From Planctomycetota bacterium (lineage in GTDB: Bacteria > Planctomycetota > SZUA-567 > H5-PLA8): DNA of 64,000 bases. Positions 18,361-28,509 of the stretch are shown piece by piece. The notes under the pieces were generated by a model. That model did no database searches, was not told the origin of the DNA, and was given only the letters and a program-made list of their open reading frames with translations. Location of the stretch: positions 7,086 to 71,085 of the forward strand of contig JBAXUS010000005.1 of the NCBI GenBank assembly GCA_037129555.1. The letters run 5' to 3'. Position 1 is the stretch's first letter. Every line of letters begins with the position of its first letter. The position numbers and the translations under genes are program-made.

Positions 18361-21300
18361 TTATACGAGCGAGTTCGGCGCTCCATCTTTCGATGATGAT
18401 GCGGTGGTCGGGCGGTTGAGAATTTGGGAGTCGCCCCGGGCCAAAATAGGAAGAATGACGGTCATCGTCGCGCCTTTTCCAAGGCCTTCGCTCGCGGCGT
18501 GAATTGTGCCACCGTGCAGCTCGACGAGATGTCGGGCGATGGCCAGGCCGAGGCCCATGCCGCCGTGCCGTCGTGTGCTGCTGGAGTCCTCTTGCGTGAA
18601 GCGTTGAAACATGCTGGGAAGGAATGCGGGATCGATGCCGTTACCATTGTCTTTTATGATCAGATGGACGTGGTTTTCGATGATCGAGACCGAAACTTCT
18701 ATCAGACCACCGATGATCGAAAACTTCACGGCGTTGAACAGGATGTTGAACGCGACTTGATACAATCGATCGGGGTCACCCATAATGCGCGCAGGATGCA
18801 GGAGCAGTTTGAGCTCAACTTTTTTAGCGAGTGCCGTCGGGCGCACAGCATCGACAGATACGGCCACGACCTCGGCCAAATCCAGCATCTGCATCTGTAC
18901 CCGAATTTGTCCGGTGACGATGCGTGACACGTCGAGTAGATCTTCAACCAGTTTAGCTTGTGCTCGGCCATTGCGTAAAATGGAGTCCAGTCCCCGGCGC
19001 AGCGTGGTGGGTTCTGCCGGAGCTTCGGTGAGCAATTGCGCCCAGCCGACGATGGCTGTCAGGGGAGTGCGCAATTCGTGTGAGACCGTGGCGAGGAATT
19101 CATCCTTCAATTGTGTGGCGCGTTCGGCCTCGCTGCGCGCGGATTTTTCGCGTTCGAGCATGTGTTCGCGTTGGGCGTCGATCATCTTGCGGTCGGTAAT
19201 GTCGATGGTCGCGCCGATAGACGATGTTGGGATGCCGTTTTCGCCGACGACAATTTTTCCGTGTGTGGCGAGCCAGCGACACACACCACCGGAGTGGACG
19301 ACACGGTATTCGAAACTGTATTCCTCGGTGGACGTTATCGCGTCCTCGATTCCTTTCAAGAGGACGCATTGGTCGTCGGGATGGACGCGGGTGAGCCAGT
19401 CGTTGAACGTAAACGATACGCGGTCGGACGGCAGGCCAATGAGTTTTCGAAACTCGGGTGAGCATTGAATGACGTCGGTCGAAAGGGTTCGTTCGTGAAT
19501 GCCGATGCCCGCCGTGCGCTGGGCGAGTTCGAAGCGTTCGCGAATCTGCTTTTCATTGGCGAGCAGACGTTCGCGTTCGGCGGCGGATTCTTTTTGCGCG
19601 GTGATGTCCTGCTCGACTCCGATGAGGCGCAGAGGCTTGCCGTTTTCGTTGCGCGTGAATTTGCCTTTGGTGGTGATCCAATGAACGCTTTTGTCGGGCC
19701 AGATGACGCGATATTCAACAGCGTAGTCGTTGCTCGATGATTCAAGCGTGGCGCGCGAATTCTCGGCGACTCGCGGCCAGTCGTCGGGATGAACCATCCG
19801 GGTCCAGTGTTCATACGTCTGCTGAAATTCGCCACGATTGAAGCCGTACAGTGCTTCGAGTTCCGGAGAGAAATGTGTTTCACCAGTGCGAGCGTCCCAT
19901 TCAAACGTGCCGATTTCTGCGGAGCGCTGGGCGAGTTCCAAACGCATGCGCGTTTCACGTTCACTGGTCAGAAGTTTTTCGCGTTCGACCTCCGCCTCTT
20001 TTTGCGGTGTGATGTCCAGATTGACGCCCAGTGCGGACAGCGGAACTCCATTGTCGTCGCGGAATACTTTCGTTTTACTCGACATCCAGTGCACACTTTT
20101 GTCGGGCCACACGATGCGGTACGTGGCACTGTAGACGGGCCGGTCCTCGGTCATCAGGATGCGTGTATTTTCTCGAACCATTAAAATATCGCTGGGATGA
20201 ACGAGTTTTTCCCAGGTGTCGTATGATCCATCAAAATCGCCAGGCTTGAATCCGAACATGGCTTCAAGTTCGGGAGAAATCGTTGAATGGCCCGTTCGGA
20301 AATCCCACTCGAACGTGCCGATGCCGGCGATGGTTTGAGCCAGTTCCAACCGATCGCGCGCCGCTCGCATCGCCTCCGCATCTTTCTTTCGTTGGCTGAC
20401 ATCGCGGACGATGGCGGATAGCAGGCGACGCGCTCCGGCACGGGTTTCGGAGTATGACATTTCGAGCGCGAATTCGGAGCCGTCTTTGCGCAGGCCCGGG
20501 AATTCGATGTGCTTCCAATCGACCGTCTTGAGACCTGTTTCAGAGTAACGCCGCATGCCGTTTTCATGGCGCTCGCGCAGATGTCCTGGCACAAGTGCGG
20601 TCAGATACATGCCGATCAACTCAGCGCGCGGGTATCCGAAAAGGGTCGCGAATGAGGTGTTCGCGTACAGAATTTTACCGCGTTCATCGACAGTGACGAA
20701 TCCGTCCACCGCACTTTCGGCGACGTTGCGGAATTGCTCCTGGCCGTCGCGGACGATGTGCTCGACGAGTTCCTGTTCGGTTACATCACGAAGAACGCCG
20801 ACCAATTTCACCGGTTCGCCGCGATCATTATAGAACGGTTGGCCGTGCGACTCGACCCAGATGATGTCACCATTCAGCCGGATCATGCGGTAGCGCCCGA
20901 CGTAGTTCTTGTGCTCCTCAAGCGCGGTCTTCGTGAGGTGCTTGATCATCGCCACATCGTCGGGATGAACGTAGGTCAGGAAGTTGTCGCGCATTGATAC
21001 ATCTGCTCCGGGAAGCAGTGAATTCATGCGGCTTGAAATCAATTCTCCGGACGACAGTACCCACTCCCAAGGGACTAATTTTCCGACTTCGAGCGCGAGG
21101 TGAAAACGTTCGGCGGAGATGCGTGTTTCCTCTTCGATGCGGCGTTGTTCGGTGACGTCACGAAAAACCAGCACGACAAAGAGGGGTGTATCAGGTGACG
21201 AGGACATGACGGCGGCGCAGTCGTCGATGATTTTGCGGCGACCGTCTTTTGCAATCAGAATGACCGACTCGTCAAAACGGACCGGGGTTTTGTAGCGGAG

Positions 21301-21852
21301 GACTTTGGTGATCGGGTCTTCGAGATTTTCTTTGGATGCCAGCGAGGCGATTTTAAACACGTCCGAGGACAGTTGGCCAATGGCTTCCGGGCCGACTCCA
21401 GTCAGGTGTTGAGCCATGGGATTGATGTATGTGATCCGCCCGAATTCGTCGGCTCCGATGATGCCATTGTCGATGTGAGCAAGCGCGAAGCGCAGCCACT
21501 CCGCCTGCTCGCGAACTTGCGCTTCTGCGTTGCGTTGCGAACTGGCGATCAGATTTACTAAAATAAGTAAGGCGAAGAAAATAAGTTCACGCGCAATATC
21601 ACGCCATATATCGAACGGAGTTGTTTTGGGATACAGTATGAAGAGCCCATAACTTGTCACCGCAACGAAGAGTAGACCGGACAACAGAGCTTGTTTAGGG
21701 CCGAGTTTCCACGCCAACACCATGACGACGGCCACACAGGGCAAGAAAGGCGTGCTTGAACCTAAAAGGAAATAGGAGAAAAACAGTGCGGTTGCAGAAG
21801 CGGCGAGCGCAATGGCGTAGTCGCGCCAGATTGATTGTCTACTCCACGCCAT
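18361..21852 (-). CDS. Multi-PAS/PAC sensor histidine kinase (membrane-anchored, HisKA + HATPase_c at C-terminus)
   Basis: 1163 aa with N-terminal TM helices, at least five PAS/PAC-like repeats, an H-box (ATVSHELRTPLTAIVGWAQLL) and N/G1/G2 ATPase boxes (NAVKFS…, DNGNGI, GGMGLGLAI). Confidence 0.8.
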   Translation of the reverse strand: MAWSRQSIWRDYAIALAASATALFFSYFLLGSSTPFLPCVAVVMVLAWKLGPKQALLSGLLFVAVTSYGLFILYPKTTPFDIWRDIARELIFFALLILVNLIASSQRNAEAQVREQAEWLRFALAHIDNGIIGADEFGRITYINPMAQHLTGVGPEAIGQLSSDVFKIASLASKENLEDPITKVLRYKTPVRFDESVILIAKDGRRKIIDDCAAVMSSSPDTPLFVVLVFRDVTEQRRIEEETRISAERFHLALEVGKLVPWEWVLSSGELISSRMNSLLPGADVSMRDNFLTYVHPDDVAMIKHLTKTALEEHKNYVGRYRMIRLNGDIIWVESHGQPFYNDRGEPVKLVGVLRDVTEQELVEHIVRDGQEQFRNVAESAVDGFVTVDERGKILYANTSFATLFGYPRAELIGMYLTALVPGHLRERHENGMRRYSETGLKTVDWKHIEFPGLRKDGSEFALEMSYSETRAGARRLLSAIVRDVSQRKKDAEAMRAARDRLELAQTIAGIGTFEWDFRTGHSTISPELEAMFGFKPGDFDGSYDTWEKLVHPSDILMVRENTRILMTEDRPVYSATYRIVWPDKSVHWMSSKTKVFRDDNGVPLSALGVNLDITPQKEAEVEREKLLTSERETRMRLELAQRSAEIGTFEWDARTGETHFSPELEALYGFNRGEFQQTYEHWTRMVHPDDWPRVAENSRATLESSSNDYAVEYRVIWPDKSVHWITTKGKFTRNENGKPLRLIGVEQDITAQKESAAERERLLANEKQIRERFELAQRTAGIGIHERTLSTDVIQCSPEFRKLIGLPSDRVSFTFNDWLTRVHPDDQCVLLKGIEDAITSTEEYSFEYRVVHSGGVCRWLATHGKIVVGENGIPTSSIGATIDITDRKMIDAQREHMLEREKSARSEAERATQLKDEFLATVSHELRTPLTAIVGWAQLLTEAPAEPTTLRRGLDSILRNGRAQAKLVEDLLDVSRIVTGQIRVQMQMLDLAEVVAVSVDAVRPTALAKKVELKLLLHPARIMGDPDRLYQVAFNILFNAVKFSIIGGLIEVSVSIIENHVHLIIKDNGNGIDPAFLPSMFQRFTQEDSSSTRRHGGMGLGLAIARHLVELHGGTIHAASEGLGKGATMTVILPILARGDSQILNRPTTASSSKDGAPNSLV

Positions 21853-21891
21853 GACTCGCTCCCACTTTCAGTGCTCGAACGCGTGGTGACG

Positions 21892-22275
21892 TTAACGCGA
21901 AGTGCCACTTGGATCAAACGAATCGTCGAGCGAAAAGTAACCGAGCGTCGTAATGGCACCGGGTGGACTTGCGATAGCTAGAACATCGTGACTGTGGCCC
22001 GAGATGATTAATGTGGCTGGGCCGAACACTTTTTGTACGACACGGGAGCCGTCCTCGGCGTCGTCGGGTTCAGTCAGATTGAATCCCAGCAAACCCAGCG
22101 CGTCAATTGATTCCTTGGGCATTGAAAGATACGGGCACGCTGAATTCATCCCGGCATTCAGCGTGACACGACGCACGGATTCCGCCGCCAAAAGGCCTTG
22201 GCGATTCAACGCTTCATCATAGGAGTTCAACACGTCCACGCGCGCGACGATGTTGTTTTCAATGGCCTGTTCCAT
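21892..22275 (-). CDS. Small hypothetical ORF resembling the C-terminal part of a calcineurin-like metallophosphoesterase
   Basis: 127 aa with a ...ATLIISGHSHDVLAIASPPG... (GHxH-like) block. It lacks the N-terminal DxH/GDxxD motifs, so it may be a gene remnant. It ends 40 nt upstream of the histidine-kinase start. Confidence 0.25.
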   Translation of the reverse strand: MEQAIENNIVARVDVLNSYDEALNRQGLLAAESVRRVTLNAGMNSACPYLSMPKESIDALGLLGFNLTEPDDAEDGSRVVQKVFGPATLIISGHSHDVLAIASPPGAITTLGYFSLDDSFDPSGTSR

Positions 22276-22289
22276 GGCGGTCGTAACTC

Positions 22290-22625
22290 CCTCTCATTGG
22301 AGATGAATCGCGTACACTCGTATTAGGTTTATCGTCAAACACAGCCCAAAGCGCGATAAGAGCGCCCTCATTTTTCACAAAATGACACATCGCTGGCGGA
22401 TCGATCAAGTCATTTTTCCAAAAAATAACTCTTTTTGATGCGTATGCAAAGCTTTTCGCTCATTTCTCTTAAAAGTGGTTCAAAATAATTTAGAAAATAT
22501 ATTAAAGTGGAGTATAGTGATTGTCGATAGTGATAATGAGCCACTGCAAACAGAGTGAATAACAGTTGAGCAGTGGACCAGTTTGCCACGGGACTTTGGG
22601 GGGGAGCCCAAATAACCCGGAGGTC
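22290..22625 (+). promoter_or_regulatory. AT-rich island upstream of smc (candidate promoter / UP-element region)
   Basis: About 330 nt with strikingly low GC (stretches near 25%: ...aaaataatttagaaaatatattaaagtggagtatagtgattgtcgatagtgataatga...) in a ~59% GC genome. It ends at the GGAGG RBS of smc (ATG 22632). Confidence 0.3.
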
Positions 22626-22631
22626 GCAGTC

Positions 22632-25600
22632 ATGCACCTGAAGCGTCTCGAAGCGTTCGGATTCAAGTCGTTTGCAGACAAAGTCGTTTTCGATTTCGAA
22701 AAGGGCTTTACCTGTTTTGTCGGCCCCAATGGATGTGGAAAATCCAATGTCGTCGATGCCTTTAAATGGGTGCTCGGCGAACAGTCGGCCAAAGCCATGC
22801 GCGGCGGCGAAATGCTCGACGTTATCTTTAATGGCTCGGGCAACCGCAAGCCGTTGAGTATCGCCGAAGTGACGCTGCTCTTCGATAATGCGTCCGGCAA
22901 GCTGCCGCTGAATGCTCCCGAAGTCTCGGTGACGCGCCGCCTTTATCGCTCCGGCGATAGCGAATACCTCATCAATAAGGCGCTCTGTCGCCTCAAAGAT
23001 GTCCGCGAGCTTTTCTGGGATACGGGCATCGGTACGTCCAGCTATTCGGTGATCGAGCAGGGTCGCGTTGCTGCGCTGCTTGAAGCCAATAGCAAGGACC
23101 GCCGCGTGCTGTTTGAAGAAGCTGCCGGCATTCACAAATACAAAGAACGCAAACGCATCGCGCTGCGCAAGCTCGAACGCGTCGAACAAAATCTCGCGCG
23201 TCTCAACGATCTCTTGGGCGAAGTGGATCGCAACTTAAAGGTTGTGACGCGCCAGGCTGAGAAGGCGCGCAAGGCCAAAGAATTCACCGACAAGCTGCGC
23301 AGTGCTCGCATCGACATTCTGTTGAGTGATGCGTTTGCGAGCCGCGAATCGTTGCGCGAAGCGACAGCGAGTTTGCAGCTCGCCGACGAGCGCGTCACGA
23401 CGTTGGCATTGGAACTCGCGACGGCTCAAGCGCTGACGGCTGAGCATCAGACGAACATGTCTGAATTGGACGGCCGCTTGAATGCTGCGAAGCAGCAGCT
23501 CTCTGATGCGGGTAACCGCTTGCACCGCATTGAAGCTGAAACAGAAGGTGAACGCCGCACGATTGCTGAATTGGCAACTGAGTCCGATCGCGCGCGCAAC
23601 GCTGCTACTGCTGCGGGTGAACGCGCCGCTGCGATTTCGCAGGAACGTGAACGCGCTGAGATGGATGCGGAGCGCGCAGTTGAACACTTCAAAACGTGTG
23701 CTGAAAAAGCAACTGAATTGGCCGCGATCGTTGCGAAGGAATTGGATCTTCGCGAAGTTCGCGTCAGTGACTTGGAGTCGGCTCGTAAGAAAGCCGTTGA
23801 ATCGCTGGGACGCCGGGCGCAGTTGCAGGACACGCTCGTCCGAGCCGAAGCCGAACTCGGCAGTCTCGAATACCGTGTCCGCCGAACGCAGGCGCAGATG
23901 AGTCGCGCCGATGATCAATTGAAGTTTGCCCAGGCGGAGTTGGAAGAATTGCGCGGACGGTTGGAGCAGGTCAAGCACCGCCGCGAAATGCTCGAGACCG
24001 AACAAGAAGGCATGAAGGCGCTGCAACGCAAGACGCAGGACGAGATCGACCGACTCGGCCGAGCGATCAGCGAACAGCAGCGCGAACTCGAACAACGCCA
24101 CTCGCGACTCGTCGCGTTGGAAGGCTTGCGCGAAAGCGGTGAAGGCTTGTCGCCCGGCGCGCGAGCTGTGTTGACGACGCTGCGCTACGACATGAATTTG
24201 CAGAACGAAGTCTACGGTCTGGCCGTCGATTGCTTGAACGTTGAGCCCCGCTTGGAACAGGCGATTGAAGCGGCGCTGGGTGATCACGTCGAAACGATTG
24301 TGGTTTCGACTGCGGAAGTAGCCCGATCGCTGGCAGCGAAACTCAGTGAAATGGAACTTGGTCGCGCGCGCTTCTTGCCGTTGGACAGCGCCGAAGCCGT
24401 GCTCTCCGCCCGCCGCGCACCCGAAGCTGGGAACACGCCGGGCTACTTGGGCCGAGCCTCGGACCTCGTCACCTGTAAGGAGCGTTTCGGTGCCGTGGCT
24501 CGCGCCCTTCTGGGTGAAGTGTTTGTGTACGACTCCTCTAAGGCAGCATCGGATGCGTTCGAACAAGGCATGGCTCTTGCCTGCGCAAGCCGGGTGTCGC
24601 TGGATGGCGATTTGTACGAATGCTCGGGCACGTTCAGCGCGGGCCGCTTCAAGGCGCAGCGCCTTGGATTGATCGCGCGGAACAATGAAATCGCTCGGCT
24701 CGGGACGCAGATCGAAGACGTCCGCCAGCGCATCGAAGGACTCGCAGAACGCTCGGCCTATCTCGAAAAACGCGCGCAGAAGATCGCTCGCGATGAAGAG
24801 CGCATGAGCGTTGACATTCACGCGTTGTCGATGAGCCAGACGGAATTGAAGAGCATGTTGGCCGCGATCGAACGTGAAGAATCGCGCAGCTCGGAAGAGA
24901 AGAATCTGGCGGTCAAGGAAATCCACGAACTCGAAGCCGAACGTTCGGCGCACACCACTCGAGTGGGAACTATGCGTGACGAGTTGGACGTTGCCCGTCA
25001 GACCGAATCGACGACAGCGGCGAGTGTGCAGGCGTTTGAAACGGAACACACTGAACGCGAAAGTTCGCTCGCCGTATCGCGCGCGGGTCTCTCGGAAATG
25101 GAACGCGAAGCCGCGACGTGGCGCGAACGTGTCACGGCGTTGGAACGCGAAGGCCAGTCGTTGTCCGCGCAATTTGCGGAACGGCGCGACGAAGCCAGCC
25201 GCGAAAGCATGCGTGCTCAATCGATGGATGAACGCCGCGTGATGCTCGAAGCGACGCTCGACGAAAAGGATGTCACGCGCACACAATTGGCTGCATCGAT
25301 TGAAATGCTGTCAGTTGAAACGGCGGCGATGCAAGCGAACAAGGACGCGGCCCGCGAAGGCTTCGACCGAGCGCGCGGCAGCGAACGTGAAATCGCGACC
25401 GAACAGCAGAAAGCAAATGCGGAACTGACATCGGTCCGCGAACGCGAAGTGAATCTGCGTGTGCGCTTGGAAGGCAAGCTGGAACAAGCGCGCTCGGAAT
25501 TCCAGATGGATGCGGATACGGAATTGAACACGCGCGGCGGACCGCCTGAAGTTTCTGCGGATGCGGTTGAAATGGTGCGGGTGCTTGAAGAAAAGCTGGC

Positions 25601-26351
25601 ACGAATCGGACCGGTAAACATGTACGCGCTGGAAGAACAGCAGGAATTGGAAAAACGCCACGGATTCCTGAAAGTGCAGTTCGAGGATTTGGATTCAGCG
25701 CGCGCAAGTTTGAAGGACGTGATCTCGCGCATCAACCGCCGCAGCCGCACCCTCTTCCAGGAAACGTTCGAAGCGGTGAAGGGCAACTTCAACGAAATCT
25801 TCCGCAAGTTGTTCGGCGGTGGAAAGGCAGAATTGGTGATGGAACAAGGCGAGGATATTTTGGAAGCCGGGATCGAAATCATCGCCCGCCCGCCCGGAAA
25901 AGAACCGCGCAATGTGATGTTGTTGAGTGGTGGCGAAAAGACGATGACGATGATCGCGCTGTTGTTCGCGGTGTTCCGCTCGCGCCCTGCTCCGTTCTGT
26001 ATCCTGGACGAAGTCGACGCGCCGCTGGACGAAGCGAACGTGGACCGCTTCAACCAGATCGTGAAGGAATTCACGGACCAGAGTCAGTTCCTCGTGATCA
26101 CGCACAACAAGAAGACGATGAGTTACGCGAACATTCTGTACGGCATCACGATGCCGGAACCGGGCGTCTCGAAGCGCATCGCGATCAAGTTCGAAGAATT
26201 GGAACGCCACCTGCCGATGGACGAAATCGACCGCGCCGCCGAAAAAGCCCGCCGCGACGCCGCAGCGAAGATGGAAGCTGCCTCGGAGAAAGCGGAGTAC
26301 AACGCGAGTCAGCAGAAGTCGGATGTGGAGAAGGAATTGGTGATGGCGTAG
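22632..26351 (+). CDS. smc: Chromosome partition protein SMC
   Basis: Walker A (FVGPNGCGKSNVVDA), long coiled coils with a central hinge, C-terminal signature (LSGGEKTMTMIALLFA) and Walker B (ILDEVDAPLDEAN). GGAGG lies 8 nt upstream of the ATG. Confidence 0.9.
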   Translation: MHLKRLEAFGFKSFADKVVFDFEKGFTCFVGPNGCGKSNVVDAFKWVLGEQSAKAMRGGEMLDVIFNGSGNRKPLSIAEVTLLFDNASGKLPLNAPEVSVTRRLYRSGDSEYLINKALCRLKDVRELFWDTGIGTSSYSVIEQGRVAALLEANSKDRRVLFEEAAGIHKYKERKRIALRKLERVEQNLARLNDLLGEVDRNLKVVTRQAEKARKAKEFTDKLRSARIDILLSDAFASRESLREATASLQLADERVTTLALELATAQALTAEHQTNMSELDGRLNAAKQQLSDAGNRLHRIEAETEGERRTIAELATESDRARNAATAAGERAAAISQERERAEMDAERAVEHFKTCAEKATELAAIVAKELDLREVRVSDLESARKKAVESLGRRAQLQDTLVRAEAELGSLEYRVRRTQAQMSRADDQLKFAQAELEELRGRLEQVKHRREMLETEQEGMKALQRKTQDEIDRLGRAISEQQRELEQRHSRLVALEGLRESGEGLSPGARAVLTTLRYDMNLQNEVYGLAVDCLNVEPRLEQAIEAALGDHVETIVVSTAEVARSLAAKLSEMELGRARFLPLDSAEAVLSARRAPEAGNTPGYLGRASDLVTCKERFGAVARALLGEVFVYDSSKAASDAFEQGMALACASRVSLDGDLYECSGTFSAGRFKAQRLGLIARNNEIARLGTQIEDVRQRIEGLAERSAYLEKRAQKIARDEERMSVDIHALSMSQTELKSMLAAIEREESRSSEEKNLAVKEIHELEAERSAHTTRVGTMRDELDVARQTESTTAASVQAFETEHTERESSLAVSRAGLSEMEREAATWRERVTALEREGQSLSAQFAERRDEASRESMRAQSMDERRVMLEATLDEKDVTRTQLAASIEMLSVETAAMQANKDAAREGFDRARGSEREIATEQQKANAELTSVREREVNLRVRLEGKLEQARSEFQMDADTELNTRGGPPEVSADAVEMVRVLEEKLARIGPVNMYALEEQQELEKRHGFLKVQFEDLDSARASLKDVISRINRRSRTLFQETFEAVKGNFNEIFRKLFGGGKAELVMEQGEDILEAGIEIIARPPGKEPRNVMLLSGGEKTMTMIALLFAVFRSRPAPFCILDEVDAPLDEANVDRFNQIVKEFTDQSQFLVITHNKKTMSYANILYGITMPEPGVSKRIAIKFEELERHLPMDEIDRAAEKARRDAAAKMEAASEKAEYNASQQKSDVEKELVMA

Positions 26352-26383
26352 GACGAGTGTGGATTGAAGTAAAAATAGTTGGG

Positions 26384-26422
26384 AATGCGCCCGGCTGGGG
26401 AACTCGCCGGGCGCATTGTTTT
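26384..26422 (+). terminator. Rho-independent terminator downstream of smc
   Basis: 12-bp stem AATGCGCCCGGC / GCCGGGCGCATT followed by GTTTT. Confidence 0.65.
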
Positions 26423-26492
26423 AAGACACTTTAACAGCTGCATCGGTGTATCTCCTATGGAACGTTCGTATCCCCCTTTTTAAGGAACCGCA

Positions 26493-27380
26493 ATGAAAAA
26501 GTCTGCTCTTCTGTTCGCCGTCCTGGCCCTTTCGGCTTCGATGGGAATGACCCGTGCCGAAACCACCAAGCGCGATGATTCCGCGTCTGAAAAGCTGGGT
26601 ATCAAATTGTCGCTGCAATGCTACACGTATCGCTCGATCAGTTTTTTCGAGACCGTTGACAAAGCCGCCGCGATGGGCATCAAGTATCTTGAAATTTATC
26701 CGGGCCAGAAACTGTCGCCGGCGTCGACCGCGAAAGTCGATATGAACATGAATGAGACCATGATCGAAGACATCAAGAAAAAGTTGGCCGAAGCGGGTGG
26801 ATTGAAGCTGGTCGCGTACGGCGTCGCTGGCATCCCGGGAAAAGAAGAAGATGCGCGCAAGATGTTCGAATGGGCCAAGAAGATGGGCATCGAAGTGCTC
26901 GTCACCGAAACGAAGCCTGCTCCGATGCACGACAAGCTCTGTACCGAATTCAACATCAAGATGGCACTGCACAACCATCCCGGCACGTGGCCGCCGGATC
27001 AAGTGTTGGCCGAAACGAAGGAACGCTGCGCACTGATCGGTTCCTGCTCCGACACCGGCCACTTTATGCGCCGCGGACTGGTTCCGACCGAGCAGTTGAA
27101 GAAGCTTGGCGCTCGCGTGTTGCACAGCCACTTCAAGGATTTGAACGATTTCAGCTGGGTCAAAGACGCGACGCATGAGAAGGGCGGACCAGGCGTGCAT
27201 GATCTGCCGTGGGGTACTGGAAAGGGCGATGCTGCGGGCATTTTGGCCACACTCAAGAGCATCGGCTTCAAGGGCTACACGTCGATTGAATACGAGACCG
27301 GTGGCGTCAAAGAGCTCGACGAAAACTTGCCGAAATGTGTCGCGTTCTATGACAAGACGCTGACCGAATTGGCGAAGTAA
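26493..27380 (+). CDS. Sugar phosphate isomerase/epimerase (xylose-isomerase-like TIM barrel), secreted; paralogue of 12000-12956
   Basis: Signal peptide MKKSALLFAVLALSASMGMTRA; same fold signature as the 12000 gene (…YLEIYPGQ…, …HNHPGTWP…). Confidence 0.65.
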   Translation: MKKSALLFAVLALSASMGMTRAETTKRDDSASEKLGIKLSLQCYTYRSISFFETVDKAAAMGIKYLEIYPGQKLSPASTAKVDMNMNETMIEDIKKKLAEAGGLKLVAYGVAGIPGKEEDARKMFEWAKKMGIEVLVTETKPAPMHDKLCTEFNIKMALHNHPGTWPPDQVLAETKERCALIGSCSDTGHFMRRGLVPTEQLKKLGARVLHSHFKDLNDFSWVKDATHEKGGPGVHDLPWGTGKGDAAGILATLKSIGFKGYTSIEYETGGVKELDENLPKCVAFYDKTLTELAK

Positions 27381-27440
27381 CTACATTGATATTGCCGGGC
27401 GATGAAGTCGCGTGGGCAAAGCAAATGAATAGTCAAACAG

Positions 27441-27472
27441 GCCCGGCGAGGAAACTTGCCGGGCTTTTTTTT
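27441..27472 (+). terminator. Rho-independent terminator
   Basis: GCCCGGC-gaggaaactt-GCCGGGC followed by TTTTTTTT. Confidence 0.7.
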
Positions 27473-27634
27473 CGATTATTTGCGTAAGAACCGGCGCGTT
27501 CATTCTTAGTATAGGTGTGAATGCGAACACGGATTCGAACGTTCGAATGTGAGCCCGCATGCACATGTCCGGCTACGCCATCTGCGCGCGTTGTTGGGAT
27601 TCGAGTTGAGAGCGCGGGCGGAGGTGTTTTTTCG

Positions 27635-28366
27635 ATGGTCAAGGTCACAGGCATGTTACGCCGGGCGTGTGTGCTGGTCGCTGGAGTCGCTCTTGTGTAT
27701 GCGTCGGCAGTTCGGGCTGCCACGTTGGAAAGCGTTCAGAAATCCATTTCGGATGCGTGGGAAAAAGCGTCGTCGGCAACGTATGACATGGAGACGATTA
27801 CCGATTCGAGCGGTCCAGGGTATTCGATGAAGATGACGATGACCGGCACAAGCGAAATGTCGCGCGCGGGTGGGAAGTACAAAATGCGCATGGAATCAAA
27901 GGCGGTCACGGATCAAAATTTTGGCGGCAATGCGTCAAAGTCCGAGAGCAAGAGCACGATGATTGTGGATGGCGATTTCGCGTACACGATCATGGATACG
28001 GCAGGCCAAAAGATGGCGATGAAGATGTCTGCGGCTCCTTACACAGAAAATGCAGGCGGCGACAAGATGTTCAAGAGCATCGCGGCGTCGAGCACTTTAA
28101 CGTTGGCGGCGGATGAGTCGGTCGATGGGCAGGCGGCGTATGTGATCGAAGCCAAAGAAAAAACGCAAGGTTCTGTGATGAGCTATTATTTCAGTAAGGA
28201 TAATGGCTTTGTGCTTCAAATGATTTCGAAAGGCCCGGATGGCAAAACGATCACGACAACGAAAATGAAGAACATCAAAATCGGCGCGAGCATTCCGGCG
28301 GACCACTTCGTCTTCACAGCTCCGGCGGGTGTGCAGGTGCAGGACATGACGAACGCCGGGAAGTAA
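27635..28366 (+). CDS. Hypothetical secreted protein (LolA-like / beta-rich fold guess)
   Basis: Start at MVKVTGMLRRACVLVAGVALVYASAVRA (GGAGGTG 8 nt upstream). No catalytic motif recognised. Confidence 0.45.
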   Translation: MVKVTGMLRRACVLVAGVALVYASAVRAATLESVQKSISDAWEKASSATYDMETITDSSGPGYSMKMTMTGTSEMSRAGGKYKMRMESKAVTDQNFGGNASKSESKSTMIVDGDFAYTIMDTAGQKMAMKMSAAPYTENAGGDKMFKSIAASSTLTLAADESVDGQAAYVIEAKEKTQGSVMSYYFSKDNGFVLQMISKGPDGKTITTTKMKNIKIGASIPADHFVFTAPAGVQVQDMTNAGK

Positions 28367-28383
28367 TAATTCATTTTTTTTGA

Positions 28384-28428
28384 GAGCGATGCGGAGCAAA
28401 ACAATGCTTCGCATCGCTCGTTTTATTT
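28384..28428 (+). terminator. Rho-independent terminator
   Basis: GAGCGATGCG ... CGCATCGCTC stem followed by GTTTTATTT. Confidence 0.6.
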
Positions 28429-28509
28429 CAAGTCATTCCGAACGCAGATGCTTCCAATTTAAGACACCTTGATGTAAAAGAGTGAGTCGAATTTCCATTC
28501 ACTCATCAC

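Noticed and set aside
23235-25286. 683-aa ORF on the minus strand inside smc
   Set aside because: It is antisense to a clearly recognisable SMC gene. Its Arg/Ala/Phe-rich low-complexity translation is typical of spurious antisense ORFs in high-GC DNA.
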